64,000 nucleotides of DNA from a virus (taxonomy: Duplodnaviria > Caudoviricetes): positions 21,100-85,099 of IMG/VR virus record IMGVR_UViG_3300047561_001970. One strand, 5' to 3'. Shown here in pieces: positions 39,035 through 47,200 of the stretch (position 1 is the stretch's first letter; each line of letters opens with the position of its first letter). The translations under genes and the position numbers were made by a program. The notes under the pieces were generated by a model. The model was not told the origin of the DNA. It worked only from the letters and a program-made list of their open reading frames with translations, and ran no database searches.

Positions 39035-40120
39035 ATGGCCATAGTACCACTTTCTGACTTAAAAACTTCATTCTCATCTGGCCACATTCCAAGCTCCAAT
39101 GATTTTGCAAACTTAATTGACACCACCAGCGCTCTACCCTCAGGTGGTATCATTGGTTCAGTATACACAACAAACTTGACGCTAGTGCAAGGCGCGACCG
39201 GGATCCCCGTGATTATAGGTGGTAATACCTATTATCTGCCTGTGTTCACCACAGTCACTGCACCTTCACCAAACCAAACAGCATACACCACCACAGTGAG
39301 ACAAACATATCCAAATGCAATGCTGGCAGAAACTGTGGGTGCAAGATGTGCCACAGTCATACAGAGTCTGTGTGGTTATGCACCAGGTGATGTGATTGCA
39401 GCAGCTTGCATATGCTCAGATGATAAAAATGCTCCCATTTTCCCCAACAACACATTTGGTCAATACCCCACATCTTTGCAACAATTTTCTGGGCCATTCT
39501 TCGCAGGTGGCATTGGTGGTTATCCTTTCCCAGGCATTGTGGGGCTGTTTGCATGGATGAGCCATGTGACCACACCTGGTGCATTGTTCATATATGTGCA
39601 CCCACACATTGGCATCACTCAGAGTGGTCAGGTGGGGTTCATGAAGCGCCGAGGTCAACAAGGCAATCTGGATCGAACATGTGGTGCTGTGAATGCAGCA
39701 CAAGCCAGAATTGTGGGTACACTGAGTGCAACAGCACCTGTATTCCCAAGTGCAGAATTTACTGTTAATGATTTTCAACAATATACTCTGGTGAATGCAC
39801 TGTATTCCAACAAAACCACACGCAATGCACTCACAGCAGCTGCACCAGTGCAAGGTGGCACATATGCCCAGAGAATGAAGATAGCTACTGATGCTATTCT
39901 GGTTGCAGCATTGAGTGCAGTGGAAACAATTTTGCCCATATCTTATGGTGCCTTCTTCCAGGGTGAAAACACAGTGGATGTGTTTGTGCATGCAGGCACA
40001 TTCATCAATGTGGATGATGGTTACAGTGCTTACATAGACACCATTGCATTCAAGAAATACAATCCAGTCACACAGACATTCACCACCCTCACCAATGCTT
40101 TCACAGCAGCTTTTGTTTGA
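39035..40120 (+). CDS. LCIB-family (theta-class) carbonic anhydrase-like domain fused to an N-terminal virion-anchor-like segment
   Basis: CICSDD...GPFFAGGIGGYPFPG..GL.A...H...GALFIY..PHIGIT..G.VG...R.GQ.....TCGAV gives the Cys/His/Cys Zn-ligand arrangement of the LCIB/theta-CA family. Confidence 0.8.
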   Translation: MAIVPLSDLKTSFSSGHIPSSNDFANLIDTTSALPSGGIIGSVYTTNLTLVQGATGIPVIIGGNTYYLPVFTTVTAPSPNQTAYTTTVRQTYPNAMLAETVGARCATVIQSLCGYAPGDVIAAACICSDDKNAPIFPNNTFGQYPTSLQQFSGPFFAGGIGGYPFPGIVGLFAWMSHVTTPGALFIYVHPHIGITQSGQVGFMKRRGQQGNLDRTCGAVNAAQARIVGTLSATAPVFPSAEFTVNDFQQYTLVNALYSNKTTRNALTAAAPVQGGTYAQRMKIATDAILVAALSAVETILPISYGAFFQGENTVDVFVHAGTFINVDDGYSAYIDTIAFKKYNPVTQTFTTLTNAFTAAFV

Positions 40121-40135
40121 TACAGTTCAAACAAA
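40112..40135. other. AT-rich hairpin TTTGTTTGA-TACAGT-TCAAACAAA covering the stop codon, between convergent units
   Basis: Perfect 9-bp inverted repeat; possible terminator or RNA end-protecting stem. Confidence 0.5.
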
Positions 40136-40178
40136 TAAACTTATTTAATGCTTCACCCTCGCACCGTATACGGCGCAG

Positions 40179-40379
40179 CATTTTGCACCTGATGTCACCA
40201 CCAGGATTGGACTATATCTTCACATGTTTGTGCTGCTTGTTCGTGCTGGTTATTAAGGATTCCTGTTCCTCCAGTAGTCTCTACACCTTCCAGAGAAGCG
40301 TCTCTGGCTTGGCTCGGGATTGTCTCCACAGGAGAGTTTCCCCGAATTAAAGCAGTAGGGGCCATTGTTTCAAAGATCT
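40179..40379 (-). ncRNA. Group I ribozyme/intron core (P3-P9, IA-like with P7.1 insertion); no host gene or homing endonuclease evident
   Basis: Minus strand: P3 CUGCUU(40355-50)/AAGCAG(40238-33); P4 UUCGGGG/UCCCGAG; J4/5 AAA and J5/4 CAA; P5 UCUCC-UGU-GGAGA; P6a CCAGAGA-CGCU-UCUCUGG; R element GAAGGUGUAGAGACUA; P7 G(A)GACUA(40281-75)/UAGUCC(40214-09); P7.1 CUGG/CCAG with inner AGGA/UCCU; P8 CACA/UGUG; S element AAGAUAUAGUCC; P9 CCUGGUG-GUGA-CAUCAGG (GNRA loop). Ends are approximate. Confidence 0.88.
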
Positions 40380-40384
40380 GATAA

Positions 40385-40392
40385 TATTTATA
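40385..40392 (-). promoter_or_regulatory. Late promoter TATAAATA immediately upstream of the group I RNA
   Basis: Perfect consensus on the minus strand, overlapping the TAA stop of 40388-41410. Confidence 0.65.
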
Positions 40393-41410
40393 CATAAACA
40401 TACAAAGAATGTAAGTACCCTAAACCTAATCCGTCACCAGACACATGCACAGGTCCTGCACTCTTATATCTACCATGGTACTTAGCTGGTTTAAAATATT
40501 GTCCATCAGGGTATGTTACTGGATTAAAAGTCCAGCGATAAGCAGGCATAATGCTTGCATCTTGCAGTTTGTTGCTGTTGGTTTCAAAGGTTTCTGCCCC
40601 CCACATTATTCCTGTTCCTGAAGCTGGAATAGTAAAAAACCCTACTTGCCATTTATTAATGGCCATGTTGAACAATATGGTACCATCAAATGCCAGTACC
40701 CCACCTGTACTAGTTAACTGATATACTGGACCAAAATTATTACCATTGGCATCTGTATAGGAATCAGCTTTTTTAAAATATTCACCTTCAAATGTGCCAC
40801 CATCAGGCCCACCAGTTGTTAAGAAACCTTCTTGTGTAACAGTTTGTCTTCCTTGTTGTGGTCTCAATTGCCTGGATCCCCACATGCACCAGCTTATGAT
40901 CAACCTAGCAGAACATGTCAAAGGCCGTGTAGAGCCTGTGCGATTTTTAATCCAAGCAGTTAAACTGGATTTGAATGCTGCACTGTTGTATTTGCTGTCA
41001 TTGATAATTTTTGTGAATTTAAAATTAGGGTATGAATAAAAAAGAGCTGCATCTGGCACATCTCTTATTCTTTTGATATTGTATGCTTGATGTCCGCTCA
41101 TAACATAATCTGTTGATGCATTAGCTGCCGATAAAGAAAAGCTGTGCATGGTTATGTATCTTTGAACCAGTCCTACTTTGCCACTTGTGGAGTATTTGGC
41201 ATCTAAATCACTATTTGCCTCACCACCATATCCATCATGTATCACATAACTATTGTTATAATATTCACTAATTTTTCCGCTATCTCTTGCTTGACCATCA
41301 TATGTTATGAGAAGTGGTCGGCTTCGAGGGTAATTTTGAGGAGTACTCACACCATCTACTACCGAAATGGAAGTCTTCACAAACTGACTGGGCTGAGTTG
41401 CAATCATCAT
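40388..41410 (-). CDS. Hypothetical virion-associated protein
   Basis: Last gene of the minus-strand fibre operon; start placed at ATG 41410 (ATGA overlap with the upstream stop); Gly/Thr/aromatic-rich beta composition. Confidence 0.6.
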   Translation of the reverse strand: MMIATQPSQFVKTSISVVDGVSTPQNYPRSRPLLITYDGQARDSGKISEYYNNSYVIHDGYGGEANSDLDAKYSTSGKVGLVQRYITMHSFSLSAANASTDYVMSGHQAYNIKRIRDVPDAALFYSYPNFKFTKIINDSKYNSAAFKSSLTAWIKNRTGSTRPLTCSARLIISWCMWGSRQLRPQQGRQTVTQEGFLTTGGPDGGTFEGEYFKKADSYTDANGNNFGPVYQLTSTGGVLAFDGTILFNMAINKWQVGFFTIPASGTGIMWGAETFETNSNKLQDASIMPAYRWTFNPVTYPDGQYFKPAKYHGRYKSAGPVHVSGDGLGLGYLHSLYVYV

Positions 41411-42252
41411 ATGTACCGTCCTATGAGATAAACTTTCAAACCCACACCAGGCATGGTACTGCCCACTTGTGTCACATTGATGCACATTCTGTCATTCTCT
41501 ACACATGCATAGCTAACTGCTGTATCAGCTACTACTGCCCCTGCAGTCATGGTCACTGTGCCTGCAGTGTTGTTGTTGGTTTGAGAGCTCAAAGAGAATA
41601 TGAGACTGGATCCAGTAGCAGCAGTATTCAGACCACCTTTGATTTTGGTCAGAGTGAAGCTTTGAGGCACAGTGAAAATTATTTTGGCATCACCTGTGGT
41701 GATGTTGGCTTGTTCATCACTGGCTGCAAAAGCTAAGCTGGTCAATGACCAGGCAGCACTGTTGGTATTTGTAGTAGTGTATGTGCTGTTCCATGCATTG
41801 CTGTTGCCCCCAAGTGCAGTGATAATATTATTGGTACTCAAGACACCTGATACAGTAGTATTGCCAGATATGGCCACCTTGGCAGTGCTGTCAATTGTTC
41901 TTCCTATGGCAATTCTGGTACCAGATACAATGAAAGTGCTGGTATTGTAGGCACCAGCTACAACTGTGTCTGTGTCCAATACCTCCAATATGGGCAATCC
42001 GGTAATATCATTAACAGACATTAAGGATCCAGTCAGGGCATCAGAAACAGAAAACAATCTGCCCTGTGCACCATCCACGGTGAATCTATTCAATGCTGTT
42101 AGTGCTGTGGTATAGCTTGTAATGTTTAACCCACCACCATTATCGTAATTTAAACGAACAGCGCTGTTTAATGCAGCTACTGTAGAGGCTCCCGCTGCAT
42201 TTCTATCAAAGAATATGGCGCCAGAAACAGGTACAACTAACACATTAGGCAT
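41407..42252 (-). CDS. Tail-fibre-type protein
   Basis: F.VDG.QGRLFSV.D.LTGSL.SVNDI.GLPILEV and GGNSNAWNSTYTT...SA.W motifs seen in phage fibre proteins; TATAAATA at 42266-42259 lies 6 nt upstream. Confidence 0.6.
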   Translation of the reverse strand: MPNVLVVPVSGAIFFDRNAAGASTVAALNSAVRLNYDNGGGLNITSYTTALTALNRFTVDGAQGRLFSVSDALTGSLMSVNDITGLPILEVLDTDTVVAGAYNTSTFIVSGTRIAIGRTIDSTAKVAISGNTTVSGVLSTNNIITALGGNSNAWNSTYTTTNTNSAAWSLTSLAFAASDEQANITTGDAKIIFTVPQSFTLTKIKGGLNTAATGSSLIFSLSSQTNNNTAGTVTMTAGAVVADTAVSYACVENDRMCINVTQVGSTMPGVGLKVYLIGRYI

Positions 42253-42261
42253 ACATTATAT

Positions 42262-42963
42262 TTATAGGAAAAACCTGCTCTTTGTAGCGTTATAGTTCTG
42301 CAGGATTTCTGTTTGGGATAATGCTCGGTTGTATATGGTTACATTATGCAAATTTGAGTTTGTATCAGAGGGTCTCCCTTGTGCGTTTCCTATTGTCAAC
42401 GTATCAGAATTAGTCAAATTACCTAAAGTGAAACTATTATTTGTAACAGATGATATGAGCTGCCCATTTCTATATTGTCTTAATGTATTGTTTAAGCCAT
42501 TATTAGATCTTTCGGCTACAAAGCTATAAAAACAAATAGAACTCAATATGTGTATTTGTGTAGAAGAGGTTATTAGATTTGGAGTAATATCATAGTAAAA
42601 TCCTGTGCTGTATCTAAAAGTAAATCCATTAAGTGAACCGGGGCTGGTTGTTGTACCTCTTTTAGTTAGATAACCACCATAGGTAGCTTCAATATTGAAT
42701 ATGTTACATATTAAATTTATACTAAAAGAACTTGTTCCAAAATTTCCTAAAGTATTGTTTGAGCATTGTATTGAACTGCCATTGAGATTTATACTTCCAC
42801 CGTATTCGTTTAAAAATGTAAAACTTCCAAGATTGAAATCATTGTTATTATTACTTAAATCTCTCCAAACACTTCCACTTCTTGGATAACTCTTATTATT
42901 AGCAGCATCCAAAGCAAGGATCAATCCATCAGTAACTATTCTGGGTGAATGGTGAAAGCTCAT
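42262..42963 (-). CDS. LamG/concanavalin-A-like domain virion protein
   Basis: PRIVTDGLILALDAAN.KSYP.SG..W.DLS; IYNRALS..EILQNYNATK.RF. Start 42963 via ATGA overlap. Confidence 0.85.
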   Translation of the reverse strand: MSFHHSPRIVTDGLILALDAANNKSYPRSGSVWRDLSNNNNDFNLGSFTFLNEYGGSINLNGSSIQCSNNTLGNFGTSSFSINLICNIFNIEATYGGYLTKRGTTTSPGSLNGFTFRYSTGFYYDITPNLITSSTQIHILSSICFYSFVAERSNNGLNNTLRQYRNGQLISSVTNNSFTLGNLTNSDTLTIGNAQGRPSDTNSNLHNVTIYNRALSQTEILQNYNATKSRFFL

Positions 42964-44231
42964 GTTTCGCCCCATGTCACCCAGTGTGACCAAGTTCCTG
43001 ATCGGTTGGTATAATTGGGATTACCAGAAACACCTGTTCCCCATTTTAAACCATTAGGAAATGATCCACAAGACGTTCCGTCGTAACCAGCACCTATGGC
43101 ACCAATGGAATCACTCCAACTGCATGGAGATTGTACATTATTATAAATGCCATGGCCTCCAGCGGACCCAAGATGAACTCTTCTGTAAGCATACCCACTG
43201 TCTGCAGCTAAAAAAGAAATTGTATTGTATTGTTTAAAGGTGTTGAAATAAACAGCAGCACGTTGATCCAGGGTATCTCTTTGAACTAGCAAGCCTTGCA
43301 TAGGGACATTCTGATCTATTTCATTCACAGTTGCAGCAGACTCATATGCGGATCGAAATGTGCAACAAAATGGTTTACTATCATAATAATTAGATCTGTA
43401 TTCCATTTGACGAACAGCTGTCATTCTGCCTGCTCTGAAATAGTATGTATTGCCAGATGTTGCACCTGACTCTTGAGCTTGATAAGGACTAATAAAAGGT
43501 GAAGATGCACTACCATCAGCAAAGCGTCCAAAAACAGAAGCTGCTTGAGTTTTATAGTTGGTATAAATTTCTCCAGGAGATAGGGGTCTGTTATAAACTC
43601 GGATGGTCATTATGTTGCCATTGAGATAATAACCTCGACCTCCACTAACATTACCATTGAATCCACCAAATGCACCTATGGAACACCCATTAGCATTTGT
43701 TTGAATTGTTCCTGCTTGAGTATCTGACCCTACAAGAATACTATTGACATAAACACGCCTGTTGCCACTAGTAAAAGTGCCCACTATATGATTCCATGCA
43801 TTTGTAGATATGGCGCTATATGGTACATCCACTAATTGATTATAGCTACCACCAAAATTTTGTCTAAATACTATGAAGCCACCTTCAAAGAACAAACTAT
43901 ATTGTGTGTTTACATTGCCTTTCTCAAAAATAAATCCATTCTGATTTGTAGTTGCAGATTTAACCCAAGATTCAATGGTGAGTGTCTGTGTGTTGAGTCT
44001 GGATGGCTCGGGAATAATTATTACAGTATCGCTGCCGTTGAAAGCAAATCCGCTTGATGAATTAAAAACAGGGTTGTTGACCAATTGTGCTGCATCAGTA
44101 GAAGTGCGTGTTGAAATATCTTTCCACGTGGTTTTACCTGCATTGAACGAATTAGGGTTGCTAGCATCCAGATATAACTGCAACCCATCTCTTACTATTC
44201 TAGGGCCAGCGAAACCATAACTGGTAGCCAT
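42960..44231 (-). CDS. LamG domain plus additional C-terminal domain, virion protein
   Basis: PRIV.DGL.LYLDA.N..S, T..SWVK, WNHIVGTF....R.VYVN, IRVYNRPLS..EI..NY; Cys-containing C-terminal domain unassigned. Confidence 0.8.
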   Translation of the reverse strand: MATSYGFAGPRIVRDGLQLYLDASNPNSFNAGKTTWKDISTRTSTDAAQLVNNPVFNSSSGFAFNGSDTVIIIPEPSRLNTQTLTIESWVKSATTNQNGFIFEKGNVNTQYSLFFEGGFIVFRQNFGGSYNQLVDVPYSAISTNAWNHIVGTFTSGNRRVYVNSILVGSDTQAGTIQTNANGCSIGAFGGFNGNVSGGRGYYLNGNIMTIRVYNRPLSPGEIYTNYKTQAASVFGRFADGSASSPFISPYQAQESGATSGNTYYFRAGRMTAVRQMEYRSNYYDSKPFCCTFRSAYESAATVNEIDQNVPMQGLLVQRDTLDQRAAVYFNTFKQYNTISFLAADSGYAYRRVHLGSAGGHGIYNNVQSPCSWSDSIGAIGAGYDGTSCGSFPNGLKWGTGVSGNPNYTNRSGTWSHWVTWGET

Positions 44232-44232
44232 A

Positions 44233-47200
44233 TCAGCACTCCACAGTCAAATGGGGTATGTCTTTTCTTATGGCAGTAAATGTCCAATAAAATTCATACT
44301 CCTGTCTATCCAGCCAATTTCTTTTTACACCTACAGAAAAGGTATTGCTGGGTACATCCACTCTTTTTACAAATAATACCTTATCGTGGTTTATGTTGGT
44401 CAGTTGTATGTTTGCATTGTCTGCATGCACCAGTGCGCTAATATAATCAGGCAATTGTATAATTACTTCATCCTGCTTGATGCATGATTTGCCAGTTAAG
44501 CGCACACCGTGGTATGGGGATTCTAGACTACCATATTGAAGCTTTTTGTCTGTGTGCAAGGGGTGATCAATTAAGAATGACTTGGTGCTTGCAGTAATGT
44601 GATTAAAGTATCCAATGCCTGATGCGCTGATATTACCCACCACTGTGAGTTTTTCGTTGGGTGTTATGGTGCCCATGCCAATGTTGCCATTGTCAATGAT
44701 GCGCATCACATTGCTGGTGCTAAATGTACCAAAATTGATATACCCTGTGAGTCCACTGCCCCCAGCTTTGATGCTAACGGAGTTTATGTTGTTTGAGAAT
44801 GTGCCAACATCAATGTTGCCAGTTGAGTCTTGATAATTAAAAATGGATCTCTGTTGACCATTGGATCTTCTCACATACATGCCTCCTGATGTGGCACCCC
44901 GGGTGAAGTCCATTATCAATGCTGCATCAGTAACTGTGTCAAATGCTGTGAAGGTGGATGGTGCACACACAATGCCCTGAGTGGTGCTCAGACTGCCAGT
45001 TACAGTTAAGTTGTTGTTGTTTGCCTCCAAAACATTGACCCGGCTTGTGTTGTTCGTTCCTGCGCCCACCACAAACAATGCATTATTGTTTGGGTTGTTG
45101 TATTTGCCTACAACAGCCTGGTATGGTGTGCTGCTTAATGAGATTAAACCTTCGCCACCTAATGCTACAGAATTATCACTGTAAACGGCATTGTAATCAC
45201 CAGCAAATGTACCGGATTTGTTCCCTAACACTGCTCCACGGAAGCCTAGACCATAAGAATAATTGCCATAAGATTCTGAATTTCCTAAAGAAACATTCTT
45301 GATCATTCCACCGCTCAGATAATTTGTGCCGTCAAAATACCAAGGCTCCCGTTCAAAGTAAAATCCTGTGGTACCGAAAGTGGGGCGATGCACTGTGTCT
45401 TGTGTGCCACCATACAATACCCAGCCGGCAGTGCCAGTAGCCTCTATGGGCCAGAACCTGTTTTCAAAGCTGTATGAATCCATCAAATTGCACAAAGCAA
45501 ATTCCATGTCTGTGCCGCTCACACTGATCACAAATGCATCAAAGTATCCAGTGCGCACACCACTGGGGAATGTGCCTTGTGCAAATGTAGCAATTTTATC
45601 GGATGTGATGAAGCCAGTGCCTATGGGAGATGTGGAAGGCATGGCAGTGGGTATCCACAGTGTCAAAGGAGAGCCAGGTTTGTATGCTGTGAGAATGTTG
45701 GCAGTAGTAAAACGAGCCAGTGCATGTTTGTTCATGCCCCTGTAACTGCCTGTGAGGCCCACATACTGTGTGCTGGGATTGGTACCAATTTGACTGGCAA
45801 TCAGACTCACACCTGGATTGCCTCCATTGGCACGAGATTTCAAATTGATGGCTTGTGTGCCACGTGAAGCTGGTACCCAATTGGTGCCAGAGCCAATGAA
45901 GAAATCAAATTTGTAAGCTGTTAATGTGCCAGTGGCATTGGAAGACACTTGGGTACATTGTGAATTGAAAGTGACTGCATTTAATCCTACCAGCCCAGGA
46001 TTCACCACAATGCCTACCACAGATCCAGGGGTGATGAGATTGTAATTAACTGGTGCAGAATATGCATCTAGCAGGATAACAACACCAGACAGTCTGTCTG
46101 TGCTGGTGATCAGGGTGGCATTTGTGGTGTCAATGATGCCACTGGTGGCTGTGATGGTGGTGCTGTCTTGATATTGTGGCAAGGTGTGCACCATGAATCG
46201 TTGTGTGTATGTGTTGGCACCATAACCATACACATTCAATGAACCACCATTGGTCATTTGCCATGATTGTGTGGGGTTGAAGGGTGCACCTTGCCATTGC
46301 ACGTGATTGTGATCTGCTCCCCCTGTGAAATTGTTGATGCCAGCACGAAATGCCATGGCATGGGTAACTGCTGCACGGCCATCACTGATGAGTGTACTGC
46401 CTGGATCCATGTCATTCACATTTTGCAGCCATAGACCATATGTACCATAACCAGGTAAATTTTGAATACTAGTGCTATAATCCGGGGAATGGCCTTTTAT
46501 AATAAAGCCACCGGGAGATGCAAATGTACCTTGAGAATTAAAATAACCAGAATTATTAGTGAGTGTAGAACTTAGTGTTGGGTAGGATGCATTTTTTACA
46601 AATGTAGCAAAGCTAGGAGAGAAGAGATTACCAGCAGTAGAAATGGTACCATAGAACGTGGCACTATTATTGACTGTTAGAGTTCCATTAATTGAGCTAT
46701 CACCAAGTGAGCTATAGCCTCGAGCAAAATATGCATCACTCAAAACACCCAAGTTACCTGCTATCGTAGCATTATTATCAACCAGTATAGATGTGGTCTC
46801 TATACTACCTGCTCTTAGATTCTGTACATATGCTCCCCCCAAATCATAGACGTTTATGGCATCCACTCCATTACTCAAATACATGTACCGGCCTTTAATT
46901 TGTGCAGATACCATCATATTGTATGACCCACCACCGGCAGATGTGATATACCTTATAACTTTAGGAGCATATGGATTACTGATGTCCATCACACACATAA
47001 CTTGAATGAATGGGCCGGCGCCAATCTGACATGGTATGTACAAATAATCTCCATCAATAATTGGCTCTGAGTATGCTGCTATGGAAGGTAGGCCTGCAAT
47101 TGTTGTTACCAATACTGGTGCACCTACCACACTGTACACTCTCAATGCATTTGAGTCACATACATAAGCAAAATTATTTTTAACAGCTAGGCCGTTCATT

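Noticed and set aside
40195-40401. 68-aa minus-strand ORF (and plus-strand ORF 40117-40350) in the gap after the carbonic anhydrase gene
   Set aside because: Both overlie the group I RNA core, whose pairings explain the sequence; neither resembles a homing endonuclease or any known protein. A 56-aa product from ATG 40365 cannot be fully excluded.
40120-40420. tRNA interrupted by the group I intron
   Set aside because: No acceptor, D or T-arm sequences (no GGTTCGA-like motif) on either flank.
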